Shown: piece by piece, positions 49,301-61,477 of the stretch
How the letters are laid out: the number at the start of each line of letters is the position of its first letter
Numbering within the stretch: the first letter of the stretch is position 1
Assembly (NCBI GenBank): GCA_051362555.1
Contig: CM120648.1
Coordinates: forward strand, 1,837,721-1,901,720
Length of the DNA: 64,000 bases
Reading direction: 5' to 3'
DNA from: Lingula anatina
Taxonomy: Eukaryota > Animalia > Brachiopoda
The notes under the pieces: model-generated
What the model was told of the DNA's origin: nothing
Database searches by the model: none
The model's input: only the letters and a program-made list of their open reading frames with translations
Position numbers and translations under genes: made by a program

Positions 49301-52300
49301 AACAAAAAACTTTGCACGACTGGTTAAGATTTTTTTTTTTTTAATCTTTTATTAGGCTTAAGCCCCAAAAGTGATTTTGGACATTTTTGAAACAGTTCCC
49401 AGAATCTACAAACAACTATCATCCTGAAGCAAGTACAGGCAAAAAACAGTTTGTGGTAAGCTGCAGAACAAGTTTATAAAAATTTTACAGGCACCATTTC
49501 AACTTTACTGGTACCAGTGTCCATATCATAGACCATGATTCATCAGTACAGTAGTTAGTGTTGTATTGCTGGGATATATTCTGATAAAGTAAAGGTCAAA
49601 GCCTGCATAATGCCAGTTCTGCCAACATCACACCATATGACTTTAACCTAAAACCAATCTAATCGCCAACAACATACAAACCGAACATTTCAGATAGCCC
49701 CAACATGTTGATCACATGTTTGTCCCTTTCTATGCACATGTATTGAGCAGTAAAGTTAATATTGAGAGTCATATTGGCAATTTAAATTGATTATTTTTTT
49801 AATGCCATCCCAAAATGGCAACAAAAGAAAACAGAATGAAAAAAAATAAATAAAAGTGTGGGTAGAAAAAATTGATTCAAATTAGGAATTTTATAGTTAT
49901 GTCAATACCTGTATCAAATCACTGGTATCATCCAGTGATTCCACCCCCCTCACATTCCCCATGCAAATATCAAAGATGTCAGGACCCCTTCTTTTAATCC
50001 CAATTTGCAAATATATTACTGATAAATACAGAAAACAAAGCACACACCATCCCATTCCCCCCCCACTCCCCCAGCAAATACATTTCACTCAAAAATTCCT
50101 TGTCTTAAGTTTAACCTTAAAAGCTTTTCTGATAACCCTGATGGCTATGACTCATTCACCAGCTTTGCATTTATTATTTAAAATCATGTGATGACATGTC
50201 ACAATGACTCACAGATATAAATTAATATTTTTAAAAAATTTAAATATAAAGAAAAATAGGATTTATATCATAACATATAAATAAAAAGAAAAAATCAGAT
50301 TCAAATTGATATTTATGGTAAGAAAAGAACTGAAACACTGAAACCAAGGAAGAATTATCATTATGTTATCAAATAAAGAAACACAATAAGTATTTAGGAA
50401 AAAATTTTCAGTGCCTTTTAACACTCTTTTCTCCATCACAAATTCATAACCATTCACAGATTCATCAATGAAAACCATAAACCCATTTTTCAGATCGAAA
50501 TCAACCTGGAAAATTTCCTTCTCTTAGCTAACTGCTATCATTTCTCTTTTATTACTCTAAAACTACGTGATATATTCTCACACTTGTGTTTTTCTTTAAG
50601 TTCTCCAATTTCTGGTCAATTTCATAGCTCTACCCAGCAAATCTACAGTATAGCCAAGCTCGATACATCTTTTTCACTTTTTGTTTGTCCACATAGTTTT
50701 TCTTGAGGATGAATATTTCAATTTTGGACTGTGTCAGAATCTGTTTTTGGAAGTTATATTCATGCATAACTGATATTGATACTACCTTCTGTGTATACTA
50801 TTTCTCATAACATATTTTCAGAAGTAAATTTAATGGCATCATTATCAGTCCTTTGTCAACCTTTTTCTCACGATTGTTATCGGTCATGCACTATGGAGTC
50901 AACAACTGAAAACTAGTCACGTGCTACATTCTTGATCGTTTTTTATGATCACTATCAGTCACTTACAGGTTAACTTTTTTTTATAACTACGAGGTCAAAA
51001 GATGTTTGGCACCTGCTCTACGCCTGCTAATTTTTCTTGATGATTAATCATCACATAGAAGTGAACAGCCCTATAATACCAGCTCTATGCTTGGATACCT
51101 TTTTCCCAAATCAGTATTAAGGGTTACAAGGAGCACAAATATTGGTAGACAAAGCTTGGTGACAATGGCTCTAATTTACTTCCTGATAAAATCCACGGCA
51201 GTCGACTAGTTGTCCATTTGAACAAAATACACATTAGTATAAAATGTTGGCTATGTGTTTCTGCTATCATGCCTGTGGAATATTTCCTTTGTTTCTAGGA
51301 CAAGTGGCACTGGTTTATCTGGGATCAATGTAGTCAACAAAAAATTTGGTCTAAAAGATCTGGTGAAATAAGCCTGTATTGCATAATATATTTCACCTGG
51401 ACACTGTGACCTAAGCTCACCTTTTGCAGGCTTACATAAGAGCAAACACCTAACAGTATAAACAAACTGAATATCAGCGTTGGTCAAATGTCTTGTGTGT
51501 GTGTGTGTGTGTGTGTGTGCATGTGTGTGTGTGTGTGCATGGGTGTGCATGCATGCATGCGTGGACTGTATATGAACTTCGTGCTCTCTCGTTAAATGAT
51601 TAAAACCCATGCTCTGTGTTGTTCAGTTAAAGTACCCTACTAATACTTAGGCCTAGTAAAGAACACAACCCTTGGTACACTAAGTTTGATCACACAGTAA
51701 ATAAGTTACTGAACACAAGCTAATATTTTTAGCCACTATAATACCCCATTTCCATAGATTAGATCGACCTACTTTAGATCGACCTAACTCCCTGGGGGTT
51801 CACGCTAAATAGCTGTCAGGACACGAAAGTTAATTAACTCCTTACAGCTTGTAGTAGGCGGGACAGACATTTAAGTCGGATTATCTGAAAGTAATCTAGT
51901 GAGCCTCCCTGCGGGGATAGATCGATCTAAAATCTATGGGAATAGAGCCTAAGTTTACATCCAATTTGGTTGGAGGCCTTCATCAGAGTGATGTCGATTG
52001 ATATTGGTATCATAAAAAATTGAAAAGAGCATTTATATGCGAGACGTGATATTTGGTTTTAACAATGGTTGTCTTTATGGCACTTGCTTTAATAAAATCA
52101 GTTCTTATCTACTTCTTTCCCCCTGATAAACGGGAGTCAAATTGCACAAAGAATTTACTCTATTTTGGTGTGTATGTATACGTGCATGTGTGTGTGTGTG
52201 TGCGCACGCACATGTGTGCGTGTGCATGTTGCAGTGCGTATGTACATTTTTTTTGTACATGTCAACTACCTGGATGGAAAGTGGAAAAATGATTTGTAGA

Positions 52301-52438
52301 TACAGTACATTACATCAATAACATTTAAGTTGGTGAGGGGGGGTCTAGGCAACATTCATTAATGGGGGGGGGGTCAGTTCCATCTAAACATGTTGGAGAA
52401 GAACCAGGCACACCACCATGCACCCCTTGCGTTGAGGA

Positions 52439-52480
<42 letters not shown>

Positions 52481-53242
52481 ATGCATGTGAGAGCGTGTGT
52501 GTGTGAGGGGGGGGGGGGGGGAAGAGTTCACATCACTTCCCTGAAGACAGCCTTGTCAGTTTAATCTTAAGAAAATTCCAGAAAAGCAAAGTGCCTCTTC
52601 TGTCTCAACCTCAAAACGCCATGCATTTAAGTATGCTGGTATCTCAACAGTTTAATCACTGCTTGTAAATTAATATATAATGACACAAATCAAGATATAT
52701 ACATTGTAATATACTATAATCACGTGAAGCACGACTGCGCACACAATGAAAGAACATTTACAGTGTGCCCATGACATTAACCTACCTAATCGCAAAAACA
52801 AGACTACACTAAACATGGACAAAGCCACGGGGCAGAAGACTCCCATGAAAGTATTCAGCGTCCGTCGACTTCTTCCGTCTGCCGACTCCGCCCTCGCCCC
52901 CTCAATCCCGACGTCTGGAGCATCCTGATAAAAGCCGCTCAAACTCCGCTGAATTAGGTTAGCTATGTGAGGTGCATCTTCACCCAGTCCGTGATCAGCC
53001 AGTAGATTCTGATCCTCTTTAATTACTCGCCTTAATCGGGCTTCTGATTCAGTTTGAGTCGATCGCCTTCGCGGCATCGAACTCGGCGAGGACACCAGCT
53101 TCACCTTGTCATCCATTTCTGCGTCATTCGAACTCGATCCTCGCCAAAAATCCTCCACTACGAGAGGCGCTGTGTCGTCACCTGGATCGGAGTTAACTGA
53201 CTCTAGGTTCCGCCCTCGACGAAGCGTATTACTAAATGCCAT
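41626..53242 (-). CDS. SLC12A9: Solute carrier family 12 member 9-like cation-chloride cotransporter, 11 coding exons, 1006 aa using the proximal start exon
   Basis: Exons: 52786-53242, 49059-49193, 48070-48204, 47350-47507, 46009-46204, 45190-45300, 44659-44770, 44281-44438, 43961-44043, 43166-43483, 41626-42783. Phase-consistent, total 3021 nt. Motifs: [123 protein letters not shown], and C-terminal PVTSTTL. Confidence 0.93.
42945..43172. repeat. 29-bp minisatellite built from the SLC12A9 exon 10 splice donor, 8 copies
   Basis: ACTCACCTGA (minus strand TCAG|GTGAGT) at 42957, 42986, 43015, 43044, 43073, 43102, 43131 and 43160; the last is the real junction. Confidence 0.95.
45690..45865. 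mobile_element. MITE related to family B in an SLC12A9 intron; another copy at ~44800-44952
   Basis: GTTGATCTGCAGACTA..TGGATCAAATATGG / CCATATTTGATCCA..TAGTCTGCGAATCAAC inverted ends; GGAGGCAGGAA..ATTGTCAA core shared with ~44885-44910. Confidence 0.6.
46582..47238. mobile_element. Foldback MITE (~660 bp) with long inverted arms in an SLC12A9 intron
   Basis: 24-bp perfect TIR TCTACCATGGCCCATAGGAGCCTA. Inner arms also pair, e.g. CTACAGAGCTTTGAG..AAATGACATGACTGAGTCTGTTT with AAACAGACTCAGTCATGTCATTT..CTCAAAGCTCTGTAG. Confidence 0.8.
48205..49058 (-). other. U12-type (minor spliceosome) GT-AG intron of SLC12A9
   Basis: 5' splice site GTATCCTTT (49050-49058 on minus), branch site CCTTAAC at 48216-48222 just upstream of the CAG acceptor, and no long pyrimidine tract. 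It splits the second Tyr codon of GGAYYMISR. Confidence 0.9.
51742..51949 (+). mobile_element. MITE family A, copy 5, in an SLC12A9 intron
   Basis: TAA flanks; close match to 36121-36320. Confidence 0.8.
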
Positions 53243-55576
53243 TGTATTAATTTCTACAGCGCATGACCTGACAAAATAGCATGTTTAGAAATGCTGGTAG
53301 GCCAAACAAAACGTCATGTGCTAAAGAGCAAGCAGCCTCGTTCTCAGTACAGGTTAAAGGTCAACTTTCAAGACAAGACAGCTGATGTGCGGGAAGAAAG
53401 ATTTGTAGGGAGAAGCATTGAAAATATTGAAACTGACTCCTATGTTTTACTTCGTGGACGGATAATGAAATGAATAATTAAACTGAAAAATAGGTGATAA
53501 GAATTTATGGGGAATTCAATATATTTAGAAGGGAAAGGCTTATTTTTAATTAATTAATTATATTAATTATTATATTAATTAATTAATTTGTTTGTTTGTT
53601 TGTTTGTTCATTTATTATAACGTAGATTGAATAAGCAACTCAGTCTGCTAACTGAAATAATTCCACAATGTATGGAGACAATCCAATCATTAAACTTATT
53701 TGTATATATATGCTATAAAGTATCACGTTGTACTCTCAATGGCAAGTCTAGGGCTCCAGCATGTAATCTGCATAAACTACACGCAATATAGCCTATAGAT
53801 ATGTAAATACAGCAGTATAGCTACATGTATGTATACTGGTAGGTCTATATGTATGTGTAGTTCATGCCTATAAGGACGAGTGCTACTGCCCTGTTTATTA
53901 TCAAAATGCTCGTATCTAATCTCCTTCATGATGCCTTTGGTCTCTCTCGAGTTTCTTCTGTCGTAACCCGCTTAAATTGTGTATACAGAATTAATTATTG
54001 ATTGGCAAAGGGTGCCAAATTCTCATTTATGAATTAATACAATAAAGACTCATTAATAGAAATTAAAAAGATGGTTGCAAAGGCAAATGGCATATGCAGT
54101 ATGATTGGGCCAAAGTCAGCAAGTTGGGTTACCAACGTTGGTCCAATAACGCCCAAATGACCTGGAGACATTAGAAATTAAGATGTATCTCTGTTCTCAG
54201 GGTCCGCTACACAAAATAACTGAAGCTCGGAATTAAACTGGTCTTAATACTGTATTTAGTCAAGAAATTTGACCCAGTTCAGTTCAAGTCACATCTACGA
54301 TAGTAGTCACCTTTGATAACATGAAATTTTTTCTGAGATTATAGTCACGTTTTTCTGGTTAACTAACAGGGTTTGACATTTCATTTGACTACAGGTGTAC
54401 TATCGATTTATCTCGGGTCAAAGTAGACAAAATCTGGATCTGAAAGTTTAAACTAGTACGAAAAAAACGCGTTTATTCATCCTAAGTTTAAACCAGTTAA
54501 ATATTGTGACCATGACTTTCTCCGGTTGTGAATGTATGCACGGTCTGTGTTGCATAGAAAGACGAGACATCAACTCACACTCCGTACCCTGCCTTTCGTG
54601 GTGACCATAATTGTACACTGGAGTGTCTATTTTAGTCTAAAGACCAAAGTGCTAACAGTTGGACAATGGAACAAAATCGATAATCACGTAAATAAATAAT
54701 CTATTTAAAAGATATGTTATGTAAATAAAGGGTCTCATATTGTCAGAGGTCCTCGCCAACTCTGAGGGCACATTTACGTAAGTTCAACTTGCACGGTATG
54801 ATCATGGTTCATAAATTTAGCACTTCTACACAGAGACAGCCTGCTTTCAGATATTTTCAGATAAAATGGGATTAAAAATAGGAATAAAAATGATGTGAAT
54901 CAATGATGGCCGGTGGGGGAGGGGGGGTCTGTTGTGCTTTTCAGTTTATTGGATTTAACACAAGCTTTCTCCTCTCCCTCGATCGCCCCCCCCCCCCCCT
55001 CCCCAGTCAAACATAATAAGAGCAGGCAGTAGAATAATACGAGTATTAGTAGATTGATATATGGGAATGAGGAAAAGGGCACTAGCCAATAGACGTGTAT
55101 CAATTCATATTCCACGCGAAAGATTAGAAGAAGCCACAAACGGGACCCCTTGTAGTGGACCATGCACAGCTATCCTTGGGCTTCCGTTCTGATGTAGGTG
55201 AGGCAATGGTGCCTTTTACAAAACACACACACACACACACGCACGCACACACACATAAATAAAAGATATTAATAAATAATAAAAAAGAAAGAGAGAGAGA
55301 AAGCTCCTAGTAACAGAAAACTTGGGTCTAGAGTCAGTTTTCATCTAACACGAATGGAAGTCCTAGGAACGGAAGTCCGGCCTCCCATATGAGTAGGTAC
55401 AGGTTAGGGTAAGTTGGCGCATTGGGGACAGAATACGGGACTTACGTCATCCGTACAAAGTGATGGGGTACGGACTACGGTTCTTAGCAGACTACCATTC
55501 CTGTCACACCGGTGCACTGAATAAAGCGGCCTATAACGAGTCCTAATTATTTTGCTGTAAAGAACAGGTTTATAAA

Positions 55577-55619
<43 letters not shown>

Positions 55620-55795
55620 ATCAAGAGCCGAGTTAAGCCCCGTGTGCAATCTGCAGTCAACTTAGCTTCAATCGAAATGTGAGTAAATATTGGTATATGC
55701 AAAAAGAGGATTTATGTCAACTTTTTCGAAATTTTATATCCTGTATATATTTGATGTGCATCTTTAAAAAAAGGTTTCAATAAAACTTAACTCAC

Positions 55796-56138
55796 CTACA
55801 CGCTGAAACACATTCGTGCTCAGCTGCCCTAGTGCAACGGGGGCGAAAACCCCGCCAAGGGTCCCTAAAACTCTCCCCGCGCTTGGGGGCAAAATGGGCT
55901 CATCGTCTTCATCGTGCCTGCCTACCGGGTCGATCAGAACGCTGGTTGAGTCTGATTTGTGCGACTTGCCAAAGGAGTCGTTTGTCCTGAGGTACCCATG
56001 ACCGCTAGAGAACACGCCCGACGCGTTGGAGATAGTGTCGGGAGCCGTGGCTCCGCTGCAAAAATTGACGCTGTCCTCTGCGCCGTTGAGTTTTGAGTAA
56101 GAGACGCCGTTGCCTACGCTGCCGTACTTCCCAGACAT
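55796..56138 (-). CDS. SLC12A9: Alternative distal start exon of SLC12A9 encoding a second N-terminus and a divergent TM1 (968-aa isoform if joined to exon 49059-49193)
   Basis: Intact 114-codon ORF MSGKYGSV...RVLGTLGGVFAPVALGQLSTNVFQRVG. It is homologous to [27 protein letters not shown] of the proximal exon and ends in the same phase-1 Gly at G|GTGAGT. Confidence 0.72.
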
Positions 56139-58170
56139 TTTGATGCTTTCTTTTTATAATTTTTTTTTCTTTATTTGATCCTTTTCTTTTTCTTCCGCCT
56201 CCTTTCTTCTTTCTTTCCTTCCTTTCACAATTTGACTCTTTGTTCATATGTCTGTAAGAATATCCTGTTTACAACTGATGTGCTTGACACTAATCCAGTA
56301 TTATTATATAAGTGTACTAAGTATATCTAAGTGATGCCCCTGGTCACGCTGTAGATGTGTGCATTTTAATTGGTTTTCGGTTGATTTTCAACTAGACGGA
56401 GCCGCAAAAGCAACACCATTCAAAGGCTATCAATAGTACAAAAATCGATAACCGTTCAATATTCGATGCTGCTTGTCGAGTCAGTTCAATTCAAGATTAG
56501 ATGAAGGTCTAGCTGCAGAAAGCACGGACCTCCTGTTTTCAGTTGCAATCAGTAAACTAGCGTCCACCGAACTGATTTTAACTGAATTTTAACGGCGCCG
56601 TGGTCCTTTACTAAAACATTTGCCAAAGCAGAGAAATGACTGTCCATACAGTATGTAGGCCTACCCATGCGTGTTCCCAGCCGTTAGCCTTTTGTTTTGT
56701 GCTCATTGAAGTCACTGTCACAGTCAGAATCGAATCTGTTCCCAACGCTCAAACAGATGCACTTTTTCACTCTTTTCTCTGCAACTTTTGTCCACAGTTT
56801 ATGTTGATGTCATGACGTTAGGCGTTGCGCGCCAGTCTAAGCCTTGGTGAATATGCAGCGCTGGCAAGGAAGCACGTTTAAACAGCTAGGCCTAGTGTCT
56901 CGTTTCAAGACCGCAGATCGACCTCGGCCTGTGATTGACAATGACGCAGAATGCAGCAGTAAGACTCCGGTCACGTCCTGTCAGCGGCTTTCCCCTCTAA
57001 ATAGGCCTATACCCGTATTCGAGATGAAGATTACTGTTTTATGAATCAGTTAGGTTTTCAGGAAGTCTCGGGACACGACGGATACATGTAGCACAGTTTA
57101 GAGCCAGCAATTGTTGGTCGCAGTCAGGTACATGGAAATGGTAGACGCTAGTCTCAAATCTGACCTTCTACCCAAAGATACGCAAACCAACGGAAACAAA
57201 TCTGCAAGGACCGACTAAGTACATTAGCAATCTAGTTAATATGGTGCATCCAATCTATTAGACGTTAAATATTAACTAGTCGGGTCTCCAAAATTATGCT
57301 AATATTTATCTTTTACCGCGTAATTCTGACTGCATGGTATGTCACGAGCATGCAACCAAACGGCAGGGTGATGAGTAACAATAACTGTAATTATCTTAAT
57401 GATAGTGAAAACACCTGATATTCGCCTAAATATTTCATTTGGAATCCCTGAATTATTCACCTACCGGTTTAAGCAGGTAGTGCATTTCTATAAGCATGCC
57501 CTTTTGTCCCTTAATGCGCTATACTTCACATGTGACATATTTTCTAGTTATCTGTATTAAGCAGGTTCACCGCACGTGATGTTGAGGGGACGTTTGCTTA
57601 GATAAGGGCGTTCAGTTGGAGGGTCTGAGGTCACCGGGCACCTTCCACAGGAGAAGTGAATCGGTTAAAACTAAAATTTCTCAGTGAAATCACAGGGATT
57701 CTCGCACGCTTAAGGGAATCATTCGCTTTTTATACTAGTGTGCCAACGTTGAATTTGCTCTGCTTGCATGTCTTTTAGAGCTACCTGTCTTTCCAAATTT
57801 AGATCTTTGTAATGATTACCTCCCCCCCCCCCCCAAAAAAAAAAAAGGAAAAAAAAAGAAAGATAATAACCTTTTTTAATTTCCTTCTGAAATGTACAGG
57901 AAGACATGGCCGTCTACTTAATTGGTCAACCATTCATAACTTACCTGTTTGATTATAAATGGCATAAAGGCTTGGATTGAAATGCTATTTTATCGAGCAA
58001 AATTTCTTTCCGGATTGGATACCTTTAACCTTTGGTGTATTTATGGCATGGCAGGTGCAAATCCTTACCGCGGAAGCATTGGACGGTGGCGCCACCAAGA
58101 GTTTTTTATTATGAACCTTTTTGACAGTGCCTTCATAAATGATGATTATGTCTTTCTAATACAGATTATA

Positions 58171-58222
<52 letters not shown>

Positions 58223-58231
58223 GTAGTAGTA
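58171..58231. repeat. (AAT)n(AGT)n microsatellite
   Basis: Seen directly. Confidence 0.9.
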
Positions 58232-59849
58232 GATGTGGGAGTAAAAGATAATACAGAAATAATAAGCTGTCGCATCAAAATACATTGGAGTGATTTGCTA
58301 ATTACTCGAGCTGAAGACGTTACAGCAAAGTTATTTTAATGAAAACTGTAACATCGATTTCAAGCAGATCTCCAATATCAACACAGTTCTTACGCCTACT
58401 TTATAACAATAATCCGGCGCCCGGGAATTTTCTCAGAAGTCTTACTTCTGATTTCATCAGCAAAGAGGCGAAATGATTTTTTTCATCAAACGAACATCGT
58501 TGTCATATCGATGTTATTATGAAAAACCGCTGGGTTGAAAGATTTAATAAAACGAAACAACGGGCTCAGCGCTCCCAAACAAAAAATTAAAACCAAACAC
58601 TGTTACGTGATAGTCCTCGTCGTCAACCACGCCTAATAATATAATGAAAGTACTTTAACGATACTTATCTACCGAGTTACGTCGGAAACAGGTCACTATC
58701 TCAAGCAATGAAATAGAAATTAACGATCAACGCTTGGCCATCCTATCTGCAGCAGCAAGTGGTGTGGTAATTAAAGCAACAGAAAAGCAAGTCTGTGTTC
58801 TTAAAAGGTTAATTTTTATTACAATAATATGACAAGTGAGATAAGTACATGTTACCGTACATTTATGTCACGTAAAAGAGTAAAAAGCTGCTTTGCCAAA
58901 ACAGATTGAGGCCTTTATATTATAACGTATCGAAACTACGTAAATCGCATCATATATCAATTTGTATCACTGAAAGGAAGGAAGGAATGCACAATGGTAG
59001 TTATTACTTACAGCCACACTTTCTTACTGAAAACATTCACGAATTTTACCTGTTTTTTTCGGAGCTGGTTGTGAGGTGAGGTACATGTAGTAGTAGCACA
59101 GGGTGGCTTATGTTAAGAAAGGGAAAGTATTCGACAAAGACGCTATTGACCATTTATACCCCCCCCCCCTCAAGTCATTAATTCCAACCTTCCCTTCACA
59201 GTCTGCCTCACTAATGAGAATGGTCTATTTAAAGAGATACTTTGCACAGGTATGGTCTCACGAAAACCAACGCTTCTCACTGTTTCCAATCTCAAATTTC
59301 TAAGCAATCGTCAATAGGCCTACACATTACTGTGTCAAGACAATTTAACATTTTATATTATTAAAACTGAACACAACAGTCTGTTCAATAATGGTAATAT
59401 TATATATGTGTAAACCATGAGCAAATTGAATAAAATTACGTGTATATAGCTTATAGACTATCTTTCATTACACTTCTTGTAGAATTCTAGGTACTTATCC
59501 CAAAAAATATGTGACAAAAATGCAAAAATCAATAACTCTAGTGAAAAATAATCCTTGAAGTTTCGAAAAGCCGCTGTTCATTTTTCGAGTAAAACGTTCA
59601 TTTTATTTAGCGTGAGCCGTGTCGATGGACTCTCGTTTTATATGAGATACGAATAAAGATTTTTTTAATGTAATTAGTGATTTGATGTTTTTTCTCGTTA
59701 ACTGGGATTATTACCCTACTCCCCTTGGGGACCACACAAAATACACGCAAAAACGTACAGTATATGAAAAAACATAAAGCGCGAGTGCATGAGAACGTAC
59801 AGAACGCTTCATTAATCATCCGCGGCAGGTAACGACAGTCTTGTTAAGG

Positions 59850-60050
59850 TATTTCAATGACGCTGGCATTTTTCTTCTTGTGAAGGAACTCAAATGACGC
59901 TGGCTTTTTTCTATTCTTGTTGAGGTGTTCAAATGACGGTGGTTTGGAAATTTCTTGTCAAGCGATTCCAATTAGGGTGCTTTTGTATTTTCTTGTCGAA
60001 TCATTCAAATAACGGTGGTTGTGTAACTTTTTTTTTTGTGACGGTATTCT
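59850..60050. repeat. Degenerate ~38-bp minisatellite (TTCAAATGACGCTGGC..TTTCTTGT), about 5 copies
   Basis: CAAATGACG/CAAATAACG cores followed by TTCTTGT recur at a ~38-bp spacing. Confidence 0.5.
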
Positions 60051-61477
60051 TCCACCTGACGTGCTCAATTTATTTGTGACAGACAATCATTATCCGTGCA
60101 TGTGCGTCAGTCGAAGCACTAATGAGTAAATAGGAAGACTGATGAAATGAACAGACAATGGGTCATTTTCTACAATATTTTTAGGAACGAAGAAAGATAT
60201 ATTAACAGATGAAAAGATAAGGATCAAGAGGCTAAACGACTGAAAGAAAATAAAAATGAATCAAAGCGACTAGCAAACAATTAACTAACAGAGAACAAAT
60301 GATATAAAATCCATAAATAATATATTCATGTATATCTCATTTTGATCAGTTTATGTTTGGAAAGTTATTGAACATAATTGAGTAAACTTTAAAGAAATCC
60401 GTCACTGGTTGCTGAAATGATACTTTCACAATAAAAAAATATCCTCCGCCCAAAAAAATAAATAAACTAATAAATAGATAAATTTAAAGGAGTCGGTAAA
60501 ATAAGTGCAAAATAGTGACCTGGTTTATGTATTAAACTTATCACAAATACACAAAGAGTTGCAAGAATCATTATAATATCAAGTGTTGGGAGACAACATT
60601 CTCTCTACATGTATTTATTGTATCAACAGGCTGTAGTTCATTTCACCCAATTAATAAGTGACTCATATAACGAAACATAAATGAAAGCACGACCAGGCCT
60701 CAATATCAGGGTGCCTATGAGACACATAAATTTATTAGTGTGCATTTATATTATTCATACTTAAAATATCAGTCTTTTTTTCCCTTATGTCTCTGTATAA
60801 CACGGTCTTTATATATTACATAATCCTATCGTGCTAGCAATATTGGCACTTACTTGAAGGGATAACAACTCTTCGTATGAGATCAATATTTCACAATAAA
60901 CACAATGTAAAAAACCCATAGAAATATAATAACTTCCAATTTACCACCAAAACGACGATTATCAAAATTATTCTAGAATATTTGCTTGCCATCAGACTAC
61001 ATGTACGTGACATCCATAAATGGCTACCCCCTTGAGAGATTATTAAAAAAAACTTTTCAGAAAAAAAAACTTGGACCTCATTTGAATGTCGGACGGATTG
61101 TTAAGTATGGGGAAATTGTCGTTTAGCTCAGGAAAATCTGTTTTTGTCCAAAATGTTACCCCAACAGTTGTTACCCCTTTGAGTGTCAGTTCACCGCCTC
61201 CACCGAGGTCTGTGGCTGCACACTGTAGCGGTTAGCACACTGGTGGCATTGTCAGCACTATCAAACGCAAGCCTTAAGTTCCCTCAATATATATATAAAC
61301 AAAAGATTTTACTACATGTACATCCCTTTATGAAGTGAAATGTCATTTTTCAAAATCTTCAGAGTGGTGGTAATGTCACTCCTTTTTTAGTAGCAAGACA
61401 ACATTCTGTGACCGTCACATATTGCCATGCGTCTTACACAAAAGTTCCCAAACTTTGCTAGAATTTCGTTACGAAGT

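Noticed and set aside
50263-50870. Purine-rich minus-strand stretch that might be a decayed transposase
   Set aside because: No motif could be recognised with confidence; it needs blastx.
55796-56138. Distal TM1 exon as the start of a separate full paralogous SLC12 gene
   Set aside because: No second set of TM2-TM12 exons was found between 53270 and 55795 or elsewhere in the window.
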